Shown: piece by piece, positions 19,488 through 29,900 of the stretch
How the letters are laid out: each line of letters opens with the position of its first letter
Numbering within the stretch: position 1 is the first letter of the stretch
DNA from: an uncultured Chloroflexia bacterium
GTDB taxonomy: Bacteria; Chloroflexota; Anaerolineae; JAAYZQ01
DNA length: 64,000 nt
NCBI GenBank assembly: GCA_963700285.1
Contig: CAVOXA010000014.1
Coordinates: 928,001-992,000 of the forward strand
Reading direction: 5' to 3'
Position numbers and translations under genes: made by a program
Notes under the pieces: model-generated
What the model was told of the DNA's origin: nothing
Databases searched by the model: none
What the model saw: only the letters and a program-made list of their open reading frames with translations

Positions 19488-20144
19488 CTACCTGTGCGGC
19501 CAAGTCCTCAACCAACGTACCCCATAGGGCCGCAGGCTCAGCGTCAGATTCTCTTCGCCCATTGAGAATGCCTCATCCGTGAACAGACAGTGCCAGACCC
19601 CAGCGGGTATTCCGAGTCCGCCCGGACTCAGAGTCACAGTCTGATCCTGGTCAGACACGTTGTGCAGGCACAGAGCCAGATCGTCTCCACCGGGAGAGGT
19701 ACGAAGCAAGGCAAAGATCCCTCTGCTCAGAAAGAGTACCCGCTGGTTGCCATGAGGGTGGAAGGCTGAACTAGAAGCTCGTGCCTCCAGCAACCGCCGG
19801 TAGGCGGCGAATACCTGGTACCTGAGCGAGGCGGGATCGGCCAGCTCTTGCTCCAGATCCGCCCGCCAGAACTTCTGGCGGTTGATCGTCCGGTTATGTC
19901 CAGTCTCGGCCACCCCCTCGTGTCAACTGCGGGACCCCAAGAGACTGTGAACATAGATGCCGGGCACACCCGCCAGAGCGAGCATCATGGCCTGGCTGGC
20001 CAGAAAACGGGCCACTTGCAGGAGCTGTGGCTCCTCAGTCGCGGGATTGGAAATGGCATCAAAGTAGGAGATGTTCAGCTCGTACACACTGCGGCTGCCG
20101 TCGGCGTTGGTCTTGTACCCTACCCTTCCGCTGGGTGAGGTCAC
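19488..20144 (-). pseudogene. 3' remnant of a GH13_18 sucrose/glucosylglycerate phosphorylase with an in-frame TGA
   Basis: YELNISYFDA, GVPGIYVHSLLGSR and NRTINR motifs; TGA at 19925-19923 in frame; catalytic N-terminal part missing (stop 4 codons upstream). Confidence 0.8.
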
Positions 20145-20372
20145 AGGCCCAGTTCAGATGCAAGGTCTTTGAGTGTTACAGACGCCACTGGCTGCCAGCC
20201 TCCCGAGCTCCCAGTCACTCAAAACGTTTTGGATACCTGCTCCCATTTTGAAAAATGTGCAGTCTCACCCATGGCGTCTCTGCGAAACTCGCGCTTGCTG
20301 TCACGGGCCAGATGCTTTACAATCCGAGTGGCTGGAACAAGGCCCAACCGCAGAAGGAGCCAAGACGAGATC

Positions 20373-21176
20373 ATGAGTTCTGAGACATCGGTCGCCCTTG
20401 CAGCAACTGCGCACCAACCCGATGAGCGACTGGCCGGCATGGTCGCTTGCCATCTACCAGCGCTGGTAGGCTGCTACACCTCTGTAACGGCATTCTGTTC
20501 GCAAGAGACTCACCCAAGCATCCTGGATCTACTGCGGCTGCACGGCGTCATCGTACACATCGACTCCGAAGTGTCAGCCGGAATCCAGCGCATCGGCGAC
20601 GTGCGACGCCACACCATTCGCGCGGGTCTGGAGGCCGGTACGTCGCACCTGCAGATGTGTGACTTTGACCGCGCCATCCACTGGGTCGCCCGCTACCCAC
20701 AGGAACTAGAGGCCGTGATTGATGACATCCCCAACTACGATCTGCTGGTCCTGGGACGCACCGACCGGGCCTGGGCCACCCACCCGCCCTACCAGGCGGA
20801 GACAGAACCACTCTTCAACCGGGTTTTCGACCTGGTGACCGGGCTGGCATGGGACGTAGGTGCCGGCTCACGGGGGCTCTCGCGCCGCGCTGCGGAGCTG
20901 CTGCTGCAAGTGTCTGAGGAACGAACGGTGGGCGTGGACGCAGAGTGGCCGCTACTCATTCTTGAGCAGGATGGTTATGTCGTGGGACACCGGCTCTGCG
21001 AGGGGTTGGAGTTCGAGACGGCCGACCGTTTTGGGCCGGAAATCGAAGCGGCAGGCAGCTATCAAGCCTGGGAGGCAAAGGTGAACGCAGATCCTAAGCA
21101 GTGGGTCTTTCGCCTCCAGGTGGCATTGATGATCGCCCAGGCAGCTGTTCGCCACGGTGAACGAGATGACCGATAG
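20373..21176 (+). CDS. Hypothetical protein, possible GT-A-like fold
   Basis: 267-aa ORF with CDFD (DxD-like) motif followed by DLLVLGR, GSRGLSRRAA and DAEWP. Confidence 0.6.
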   Translation: MSSETSVALAATAHQPDERLAGMVACHLPALVGCYTSVTAFCSQETHPSILDLLRLHGVIVHIDSEVSAGIQRIGDVRRHTIRAGLEAGTSHLQMCDFDRAIHWVARYPQELEAVIDDIPNYDLLVLGRTDRAWATHPPYQAETEPLFNRVFDLVTGLAWDVGAGSRGLSRRAAELLLQVSEERTVGVDAEWPLLILEQDGYVVGHRLCEGLEFETADRFGPEIEAAGSYQAWEAKVNADPKQWVFRLQVALMIAQAAVRHGERDDR

Positions 21177-21235
21177 GGGGCCGAGGCGAAAGGACGATTC
21201 GCTTCGCGAGAGCAGCATCCCGCTGGCGACCACAC

Positions 21236-21478
21236 ATGTTTAATGCCTACGGGCTGGACGTCCCGGCGAACAAGTGGCTGGGCAACGTCCCCACCTTTGA
21301 CACCCTGGCTGAGGCCTGCGCCGTTGGCGTCCAGGCTGAGATTGACAACGCGGCCCTCTACGACCAATTGTTCAACAGGGTGGAGGAGGACAACCCCGAC
21401 ATCATCCAGGTCTTTACTGCCCTGCAACGAGCATCGCTGAACCAGCACCTACCCGCCTTTGAGCGCTGTGCGCCCTAG
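21236..21478 (+). pseudogene. C-terminal half of a DUF2202 ferritin-like protein
   Basis: EACAVGVQAEIDNAALY...LQRASLNQHLPAF; N-terminal helices absent and no SD. Confidence 0.6.
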
Positions 21479-21500
21479 GGCAGAAATAACTGGCCGATCA

Positions 21501-21533
21501 AGCCTCCGGTTTCAACGGAACCGGGGGCTATTC
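21501..21533 (+). terminator. Terminator-like hairpin
   Basis: AGCCTCCGGTTT/GGAACCGGGGGCT stem directly after the DUF2202 remnant; weak T-tail. Confidence 0.55.
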
Positions 21534-21609
21534 ATATCTCTACCTGGCGATCATGGCTGCTCGCTCGCGAAAGCCTGGTCTAGCAGAACCGCCGCCCTTC
21601 GTAGCCAGC

Positions 21610-21638
21610 TTGACAATTGTCTCGCTCTGTTATATATT
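21610..21638 (+). promoter_or_regulatory. Sigma70-type promoter of the MarR operon
   Basis: TTGACA-17 bp-TATATT. Confidence 0.75.
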
Positions 21639-21654
21639 TAGTTCATCTAACTAA
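21638..21654. promoter_or_regulatory. Putative MarR operator palindrome
   Basis: TTAGTT-catct-AACTAA overlapping the -10 element and start site, upstream of the marR-family gene. Confidence 0.7.
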
Positions 21655-21674
21655 TTGATCTGGAGGGACAAAAT

Positions 21675-22100
21675 GTGATGGCGGTTGAAGATCGACTCCT
21701 GGGCCTATTTGAGCGGGTCCGAAAGCTGGCGCTCGACCAAAACCCACTGCAAGAAAGCGGGGTGACGATGCCGCAATTGGCCCTGCTCGACTGGATCGCT
21801 ACTTCGCCAGGCCGTGGGGTCCAGGAAATCGCGACTGGGTTGGGTCTGACGGCTCCTACCGTCAGCGTAGGGGTGCGCCGGCTAGAGGAAGCAGGCATGG
21901 TGGAGCGCCAACCAGACCCCCAGGATGGGCGCGCCATCCGGCTGTATTTGACGGCTCAGGGCCAGACCCTACAGGAGAAGGCACTCGCATTCCGCCGGGA
22001 AAAGATGCGATGCGTGCTTGCGGGATTGACCACCGAGGAGGCAGCAACGTTACTGGCCCTACTAGAACAGGCCATCAGATCTGCCGAGAAAGCTTGGTAG
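21675..22100 (+). CDS. MarR family transcriptional regulator
   Basis: TMPQLALL, APTVSVGVRRLEEAGMVER..DPQDGRA..LYLTAQG wHTH. Confidence 0.93.
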   Translation: MMAVEDRLLGLFERVRKLALDQNPLQESGVTMPQLALLDWIATSPGRGVQEIATGLGLTAPTVSVGVRRLEEAGMVERQPDPQDGRAIRLYLTAQGQTLQEKALAFRREKMRCVLAGLTTEEAATLLALLEQAIRSAEKAW

Positions 22101-22149
22101 CGCAGGATGGCATCTTGCGTCACTATATTAGTCAGGAGAGAAAATCAAC

Positions 22150-22641
22150 ATGCCACAACAAATCGTATTCGCCATCGTAACATTCCTGCACGATCTATTC
22201 ACCGCTGTCTGGATCGGTGGCCTGATCACCCTGGGGATCACGGTCCTGCCGTCGGCCAAAAAGGTGTTGGGGATGGGACCTCAGACCAAAAAACTCATGG
22301 ATGCCATCCAGAAGCGGCTGAGTGTGCTGGTCTATGTGAGTATCGTTGGGCTGATACTGACCGGCCTGCTCCTATCCAACCGCTCGCCAGACTTCCAGGG
22401 GCTGTTCAGTTTCGGCAACACCTACTCGATGGTGTTGAGCCTCAAACACATCCTGGTACTGGTGATGGTCGCCGTGGCGTTGATCCGCAGCCTGGTGCTC
22501 GGCCGCCGGAGCGGACCCCCAAGCCCGGCCCAAGAAAAGCTCAAGGTCGGGCTGCTGTTCCTCAACATCGCTCTGGGGATTGGGGTGCTGTTGCTCAGCG
22601 GCTTTGCCGTGGCCTTCGCAGCGGGCCCACCGCCTATGTAA
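22150..22641 (+). CDS. Four-TM membrane protein, CopD/DUF4149-like
   Basis: FLHDLFTAVWIGG, LILTGLL, LKHILV; SD AGGAG. Confidence 0.7.
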   Translation: MPQQIVFAIVTFLHDLFTAVWIGGLITLGITVLPSAKKVLGMGPQTKKLMDAIQKRLSVLVYVSIVGLILTGLLLSNRSPDFQGLFSFGNTYSMVLSLKHILVLVMVAVALIRSLVLGRRSGPPSPAQEKLKVGLLFLNIALGIGVLLLSGFAVAFAAGPPPM

Positions 22642-22700
22642 CTGCCAACGTGGTGGACACGGTGGGTCCAGCACCCACCAGTCCTGCCCAGGGAGGAGCC

Positions 22701-23471
22701 ATGACCGGTAGCAGATTGCTGACTGTCACTGCTCACCCCGACGACGAGTCATTCCGCTGTGGTGGCACGTTGGCCTTGCTGGCCCGGCGCGGTATTCGCG
22801 TGCAGCTACTCACGGCTACACGGGGTGAAGCCGGCTCTCGCGGCGATCCACCCTTGTGCCGCGCCCACGAACTGGCCGCCATGCGCGAACGCGAGTTGCG
22901 CAACGCTTGTACCGCCTTGGGCATCGAGCCTCCACGCTTTCTGGAATACCTCGACGGCACGCTGGCCGATGTGGACGAAGAAGAGGCCACCGCTCAGTTG
23001 ACGGCGATCATCCAGGAAGTACAGCCCCAGGTGCTCCTCACCTGGCCGCCTGACGGTCTGTCGGGGCATCCCGACCACGTGGCCGTGAGCCGCTGGACAT
23101 CTCTGGCCTTTGAGCGGACAGCCGCCTTGGGGCCGGACGCCCCGGTGGCTCTCTACCACTTGGCTGTGCCGCGCTGGGTGGCCAAAGCCCTGGGACTGTC
23201 CCACCTGCATGACGTGCCCGATGAGCAGGTTACCCTGACCGTGGACGTGACTCCGGTCTGGGAACAGAAACTGGCGGCTATGGGCTGCCACCGCACCCAG
23301 ATGGGTGGATCGCCTATCCTGAGCGAACCAGAAGAGAAGCGACGGCTGTTCCTGGGGACAGAGCACTTTCGACTGGCAATGATCCGGTCGGACCCTTCGG
23401 CGGGCTCAGGGTGGGCTCTGCCAATTGGCCCGGAAGGCAGCTTTCTTGAGGGACTGGGGGAGAACAACTGA
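22701..23471 (+). CDS. PIG-L family deacetylase (MshB/BshB/Mca-like)
   Basis: AHPDDE, TRGEAG, GHPDH and CHRTQ motifs; SD GGAGGAG. Confidence 0.9.
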   Translation: MTGSRLLTVTAHPDDESFRCGGTLALLARRGIRVQLLTATRGEAGSRGDPPLCRAHELAAMRERELRNACTALGIEPPRFLEYLDGTLADVDEEEATAQLTAIIQEVQPQVLLTWPPDGLSGHPDHVAVSRWTSLAFERTAALGPDAPVALYHLAVPRWVAKALGLSHLHDVPDEQVTLTVDVTPVWEQKLAAMGCHRTQMGGSPILSEPEEKRRLFLGTEHFRLAMIRSDPSAGSGWALPIGPEGSFLEGLGENN

Positions 23472-24491
23472 TGAAAGATGCTATCAAAGTGAGTAGTCTG
23501 ACCAAGTACTACGGTCGTCCGGAAGCAGGCGTACTGGCCGTAGACCACATCAACTTTCAGGTGCAAGAGGGCGAGGTCTTTGGTTTCCTGGGACCCAACG
23601 GGGCGGGCAAGACGACCACCCAGCGGATGCTGACCACCCTGCTGGAACCGACCGAAGGTTGCATCACCATCCACGGCCACGACCTGGCCCACGACGCCTA
23701 CCCGGTCAAGCGGCAGATGGGTCTGGTGCCGGAGGAATCGAACGTCTACACCGAACTGACCGCATGGGACAACTTGATGTTCACTGCTAAACTCTACCGT
23801 GTGGGTCGCGCCGAGCGGGCTGCGCGGGCACGGGAGTTGCTGGAGGTCTTTGGCCTGTGGGAGAAGCGGGACGTGAAAGCGGAGAACTTTTCCAAAGGGA
23901 TGCGGCGACGGCTGAGCATCGCCATGGCCATCATCCACAAGCCGGCGCTCCTCTTCTTGGACGAGCCGACGCCGGGGCTGGACGCCCAGAGCGCCCGTGC
24001 CATCCGCGATCTGATCCGCCGCTTGAACAGCCGAGGGGACGACGATCTTTCTGACCACGCACCAGATCGAGGAGGCCAACCAGCTCTGCGACCGGGTGGC
24101 CATCATCGACCACGGCCAGATCGCGGCCATTGACACCCCAGAACAGCTGAAACAGGCATTCCGGCGGGTACAGTCGGTGGAGGTGGCATTGGAGCCCAAA
24201 GGGCAGACGCATGGTCAGGCGCTGGGCACCTTGCCGGGGGTGACCACGTCGGTCAAGATGGGAGATAAATGGCGGCTGTACACCAAAGACCCGTCGGTGC
24301 TCCTACCACAGGTGATGGACTATGCCAACTCCCGTAAATTGCGGGTCGTCAGTCTAAATACTCTCGGCCCCAGCCTGGAGGACGTTTTCCTCGAGATCAC
24401 CGGGCAACAGGTGGGCACGGTGCGTCACGAGGCGCAAGAGGGTAGGCCTCGGCGGCGGGGAATGAAGAGTGGAATGGGCGGTGGACAATGA
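23471..24491 (+). CDS. ABC exporter ATP-binding protein (DrrA-like), frameshifted by one extra base near 24028-24030
   Basis: GPNGAGKTT, FSKGM, LDEPT; continues as EGTTIFLTTHQIEEANQLCDRV in the +1 frame to 24491. Confidence 0.85.
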
Positions 24492-25252
24492 AAGACAGAT
24501 GGCTGCAACGACTGCGTGACGAGGTAACACAGGCTTGGACCGTGACGGCCAAGGACATGAAGGTCTACTACCTCAAGCCAGGGATGATCATGTTCGGCTT
24601 TCTGATGCCGTTCTTCATGTTCTTTTCCTTCTCAGTAAGGCGGGAGATGGCGGTCGACCAAGGTGTCGCCCGACTGCTGGCTCTGACGGTCTTTTTCACC
24701 GCTGCTGCTGCCGGACCGTTCATCATCCCACTGGAGCGGCGCCTGGGAACCTATGACCGACTGCTGGCCGCGCCAATGTCGCTGCTGACCCTGCTGCTGG
24801 GCAAGACGGCGGTGGGAGCGTTATTTGCCATCGGCACGTCGGCCTTTGCCCTGATCGTCGGCGTGGTGGCCTTTGGGGCGAATGTCGCTCAGCCCTGGCT
24901 GCTGGCGGTCGCTGTACTCCTGGCGGCATTCTCTTTCTCGGCCCTAGGGGTGATCTTTGGCTCCATCCCCACCCGCAACCCAGGTTCCGTGCAGATGCCT
25001 AGCACGCTGCTACGCTGGGGGTTGCTGTTCATCAGCGGTGTTTTCATTGGATTGAACGAAATGGCCCCAGCGGCGCGGGCAGTGGCCTATCTCTCGCCCC
25101 TGACCTACGCCCAGGACCTGATGAACCACGCTGTGCTCGGAGCTGGCCTGCTCAACCCCTGGCTGGACATGGCCGTGCTGCTACTGAGCGGCGTTCTGTT
25201 CCTGCTGCCGTCCCTGTTGATGCACCGCCGTAGCCGGCGGTTTGGCTACTGA
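24488..25252 (+). CDS. ABC-2 type exporter permease
   Basis: Six hydrophobic segments, ERRLGTYDRLLAAP, SPLTYA. Confidence 0.88.
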   Translation: MKDRWLQRLRDEVTQAWTVTAKDMKVYYLKPGMIMFGFLMPFFMFFSFSVRREMAVDQGVARLLALTVFFTAAAAGPFIIPLERRLGTYDRLLAAPMSLLTLLLGKTAVGALFAIGTSAFALIVGVVAFGANVAQPWLLAVAVLLAAFSFSALGVIFGSIPTRNPGSVQMPSTLLRWGLLFISGVFIGLNEMAPAARAVAYLSPLTYAQDLMNHAVLGAGLLNPWLDMAVLLLSGVLFLLPSLLMHRRSRRFGY

Positions 25253-25291
25253 AAGGGACGCGGGTCCAAGTGCTAGCCACAGGACACCGCG

Positions 25292-26470
25292 CTACAGCAT
25301 GGACAACGCGACCCTCATCCGTTCCAGGGCTTCATACAGCGTGGACCTGGTACAGCCAAAGTTCAGCCGTACAAAGCCCTCTCCTCCGCGGCCGAAGGAG
25401 GCTCCTTCATTGAGTGCAACCCCTGCTTGCTCCAGAAAGAACTGATGGGGAGAGCCATCGATCCCAGCCTCGCGGCAGTCGAGCCAGCCCAGGTACGTCC
25501 CTTCTGGTCGCCACATGGTAACGCCGGGCAACTGGGAATTCACATACTCGGACAAATAGTCCGCGTTGGCCTCCAGGTAGCGCAAAACCGCATCCAGCCA
25601 TGGCTGGCCATCCCGGTAGGCGGCAAGCGCGGCCACAGCACTGAGGATGCCGGGTCTTCCTACAAGGCCAGCACCGGCAGCCTGATACTTTTCACGAAGC
25701 TCTGGATTCTGGATGATGGCCACTGAAAAGTGAAGGCCCGCGATATTGTAGGTTTTACTGGGGGCTATCAGCGTGATGGTCCGGTCAGCAATCTCGGGAT
25801 CGAGGGAAGCGATGGGCAGGTGTGGATGTCCTGGGAAGACCAGGTCACAGTGGATCTCGTCGGAGCAGATAACGACATCACGGCGGAGACAGATCTCGGC
25901 CATCTGCTCCAACTCGTAGCGCCGGAACACGCGGCCCACCGGATTGTGGGGGCTGCATAGAAGAAAGATACGAGTCTTGTCGGTGATGGCGGCCTCAAAG
26001 GCATCATAGTCGATTTCGTAGGAACCGTCCGGCAGCCGCGTCAGTTCCATCTCATCCAGCGTACATCCGACGTTGCCCGGGGTATAGAGCATGGGGAAAT
26101 AGACTGGTGTCTGTACCAAAACACCGTCACCTGGGGAGGTCACAGCGTGAGCGGCCTGGTTAAAGCCGGTGACAACTCCCGGCACAAACACCAAAGCCTC
26201 CGGCGCCACCTCCCAGCCATACAGGCGTTGGAGGCGATCCACAATCACCGGGCGGAGTTCTGAAGGCTCTCTGCCATACCCGAATATGCCATGGTCCACC
26301 CGATCGCGGAGGGCACGGATGACCGGTTCAGGCGAAGTGAAGTCCATATCCGCCACCCACATGGGCAGCACATCTTTGTCATACAGCCGCCACTTGACGC
26401 TATCGGAAGACCGCCTGTCAATGAGGCGACCAAACTCCAGTTCCAGGTCGTGATCCGTGTGATGGGTCAT
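25292..26470 (-). CDS. PatB/MalY family PLP C-S lyase (cystathionine beta-lyase)
   Basis: LPMWVADMDF, CSPHNPVG, SDEIHCD, APSKTYN, EGTYLGWLD, RLNFGC. Confidence 0.93.
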   Translation of the reverse strand: MTHHTDHDLELEFGRLIDRRSSDSVKWRLYDKDVLPMWVADMDFTSPEPVIRALRDRVDHGIFGYGREPSELRPVIVDRLQRLYGWEVAPEALVFVPGVVTGFNQAAHAVTSPGDGVLVQTPVYFPMLYTPGNVGCTLDEMELTRLPDGSYEIDYDAFEAAITDKTRIFLLCSPHNPVGRVFRRYELEQMAEICLRRDVVICSDEIHCDLVFPGHPHLPIASLDPEIADRTITLIAPSKTYNIAGLHFSVAIIQNPELREKYQAAGAGLVGRPGILSAVAALAAYRDGQPWLDAVLRYLEANADYLSEYVNSQLPGVTMWRPEGTYLGWLDCREAGIDGSPHQFFLEQAGVALNEGASFGRGGEGFVRLNFGCTRSTLYEALERMRVALSML

Positions 26471-26594
26471 CGTTGACGCATTCTCCCCTTTCTTATCTCA
26501 ATCCCTTGGGCTTCGCCGTAGCTACAGCCAGGGCCATGCGAACACAACCTCGGTCGCTCCGGAGGCCCGGTCAGACAAGGTCGATCCTGCCGGA

Positions 26595-26623
26595 AGTGTA
26601 GCATAAAGCTCGCTTTTCTGGAA
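26595..26623 (-). promoter_or_regulatory. Putative promoter of the patB-like gene
   Basis: TTCCAG-17 bp-TACACT with extended -10 TG on the minus strand. Confidence 0.4.
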
Positions 26624-26919
26624 ATCACCTGGTTGTGCTTGATCAAGACACATCAACGCCATAGAATAGCGCTAAAGCGCACATTGAATGAAGCCGCTCC
26701 CGCAACGCGAACAAGCTGCGAAGGTTCATTGGGGAGGAAAATGGCCTGGGCGCTGCCTTGGCGCAATAGGGTGGCAAATGACCCAGCACAGGGGGGCAGG
26801 CGAGCTAGCCTGTTTCGTCTCGCGAGGCATCTGCCCCCAGAAGCAACCGAGCCCGCCAGAGACATGCTCCAGTGGACTCGCGCGTCCCGGGCCCAGGATG
26901 CAGATTCTGCAGGAGAATC

Positions 26920-29900
26920 CTACTCACTCTCAGCTTGGCTGGCGATCGAGTCGCCCCACAACTGGCAAGCAGTTTCCAGCCCCGACTCGGCGATCTTTTT
27001 GGCTGCTATCGTGGCGACCACGATGGCAATCGCAGGGAGTGCAGCCACTTGGGCAACCAACGTCGGCGCCAGGGCAGCCGCCAGCATCTTGACCCCATCC
27101 TGAAGGGCAGTCATAAGTTCGTCGTGCTGCTCATTGCCCTTGTTACACAGCACGTCGTACAACTTGGGTTCCAGCTTGTCCCACCACTCCTGGCCATAGG
27201 CAACCATCTTGGCCGTCCACTCGGGTCCAGCCTCGGTGTCAGCGGCGAAAGCCACCTCCGGCGGATCCCACATCTGGAGTTCGTCTTGGGCGGATCCCTC
27301 GTCTTCGGCCTGGACACGGGCGGCGAGGGTCAGCATCAAGCCAGCCATGTCGTCCTCCCACAGAGCATCTACGGCTTCAACACGGGGCTCTCTGTCTTCC
27401 ATCAGTCCTCTCCTTTCGGCACCCTGCAGGGGGCCATCTGCAGGGAGCACCTGCCCATCCAGTCTCAAATTAGCATCCGAATAAAGGGTATAGGCCAGGG
27501 CCAGCGGATTGCCTTCCTCGAGATAGCGGCGGCGAAGGGTCAGCAGAATCGCACCGGCGCTCTCACCCTGGAAAAAGAGTGTCAAGAATGCACGGGAAAA
27601 ATCGTCGGCAAAGAGGGTGTTCATCGAACACTCGGTACCGATGACCGCCCTGGCGCCTCGTTGGAGGAAGAACGGCACAAAACCATCCGACAACGAGGGC
27701 AGTACCTGGGCCGATTCGCACATGTTCAAAAATACGAGTGGATGCTGCGAGAACTCGGACGGCACGGTCTCCTTGAGCATCGTCAGGGGAATCTTGCCCC
27801 GCGTCAGGCGCAGCCAAGAGTCACTGACGTCAAACAGGTCATCCAGATGCTCGCGGACCGATTGCGGACGGTCCTTGAGGGAGGTGGCTGCCTGTTGGGC
27901 AAACTGGCTGACCAGATCCGTGTCAAGTTGGATGTCGGTCGCAATCCGCTCCGTGTAGCCATGACAGAAGAAATAGTAGATATCCTGGTCTGCACCAGCC
28001 AGCTTCCGCCCCATCTTGCGGCGGTCTGTTACAATCTCAGGCAGTAGCCGATGGCCTGACCGGGAGTCCAAAGCGGCAAAGAAAGCTTTCTGCTCTGCCG
28101 CGCCCACCAGGCGCTCGTACATGCCCACACTTATGCGCAATGCATCATCAGTGGGCATCTCCGTCTGGGCCTGGCGATAGGTATCCAACATCTTGCCGGT
28201 AAGAATGACAATCTCATAACGCCAACCCCAGAACCTTTCCACGTCCACCGGCTCATCATCGTCCCACGGTTGCGCGGCATAGACCAGGCTCCAGGGAAAA
28301 CAAAAGTCTCCGGCCAGATCCACAACCTGGATGGTGGAGCCATCCGGCAAGATCTCCTCCATCCAGTTCCCCAGGGCCTGCGCGGAGGCGCTGGCAAAGA
28401 GCTTGAGATACAACTGGCGGCCAACTTGAGCCAAGGCGCGTGTGGCCATTCGATAGGTTCGAGCGTCCCGTTCCTGCAAAAGATCAAAGGCCTGCACTAC
28501 GTTGTACAATTGGCGCCGGGCCTTGGTGATCAGGTGTGTCAGGTCGTCGCGCGTCATGTGCACGTGGCAGAAAAGTTCTACGACCCCTGCGACCTGCTCA
28601 CTACCAGCGGTTGCGCCCTTGTCCCCGGGGTCAGGATCCACCAGAAAAGTGAAGCGGTAGCGGTCGGCGCCATCGCGCGTGATGGTCAGGCTCAACTCGC
28701 GCGGTGGAAGCTTGGCCATGTCCGGAAAGTTGGCAGTTCGGGCATGGATCAACTGGGCACTTTGGGGCTGCGCACTATGCGCTATCTCACCGGCAGCTAC
28801 CACCTCGGCGCGTACGCTAAAGGTCTGTACCATACAAGTCTGGTAGAACAGGCAGACCTCCAGTGTGGCCAGGTCTGCCCCCCGGGTACGGGCCAGTGGC
28901 ACGGTCTGAAAGCGCACCAGGCCAGAATCACCCTTCTTGGGCAGCCGGAGCGACTGAGTTGGCTCGAGGATGTCAAAATCCTGTGAGTTGAGGCTGACGT
29001 ACAGCAGGGCATCTTCCGCCTGGGGTTCGACAATGGCCTGGGCGCCGGCAGGGGCACGATCCCAGTCAACGATGGAATCTCGGAGCAAGCGCCCAACATT
29101 CAGCGCCAGATGATAGGCCCGGCCCACCACCAGTGGCTGCCTGCTGGGAACCACTCGGCGATCCGCATCTTCGAACCAGAGATTGACAAACCTAGGCTCC
29201 GGTTCAGGCTCGAGGAGGGCCCTTGGCAGAGAGTACACGCTGTCTAACACACTGTTGGGAATCGTATCCAGGTCAAAGCCCCCGCCCTTCGCAGTACCAT
29301 AGGGAAAAGCATCCCGCAGGCCCCCGGGATACAAACTGGCCGGGCTGCCATCCCGAACCAGTACCAAGGCCTTGGAGCGTGAGAGGCTCTTGGCCTGCGT
29401 GCCACTCAGATCTTCCAGATCACGGACCTGACACGGTTCTGAGAATGCAGCCTCAAACTGTTGGAGAGGCAGTTCCCAGACTTTGGCCGGATCGAGCGTC
29501 GTTCTCGCGCTCAGTTCTGCAATCGCGCGATTCAACGCAGCTTTGGTTGACAGCTTGAACCCTCCGCCAGCCAACTGCAGGAGCACGTATACCAGGGGCG
29601 ATTCGCGGTACGGCCTGAGATCCTTGGCCACGCGGGCCAGGGGAGCTTTCTCTGGAAACCAGACAAAGGGCTCGCCAGTCCCCTCCGGTACACTTTGGTC
29701 AAAAAGATCAAAGCTCAGTCCCTGGCTGCTCTTGTAGCTTTCGATCTCTCCAATTGGGCGGACAAGGCCTACACGCTTGCCTTTGCTGGTGACAATGATA
29801 GGCATGCGGCGACGAGAAGCCAGCGCTTCGGCTTCGCGGTACTCTGGTGGCTGATCGCTTATCTCCCAGGGTCTGGGACACAGGTCTTCAGCCAAAGATC

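Noticed and set aside
19923-19925. In-frame TGA as selenocysteine or recoding
   Set aside because: The gene is also 5'-truncated, the position is not a known Cys site and other genes in the window use TGA as a stop.
22107-22700. 454-aa ORF extending the PIG-L deacetylase upstream
   Set aside because: The extension overlaps the membrane-protein gene in another frame; the SD-supported start is 22701.
26471-26590. SAM riboswitch upstream of the C-S lyase
   Set aside because: GAGATAAG is present, but the 5' TTATC strand and the kink-turn/pseudoknot core are not.
26872-28047. 391-aa plus-strand ORF and other long antisense ORFs (e.g. 40659-41975, 55485-56732)
   Set aside because: These are shadow frames of real genes in GC-rich DNA, with no motifs or SD.
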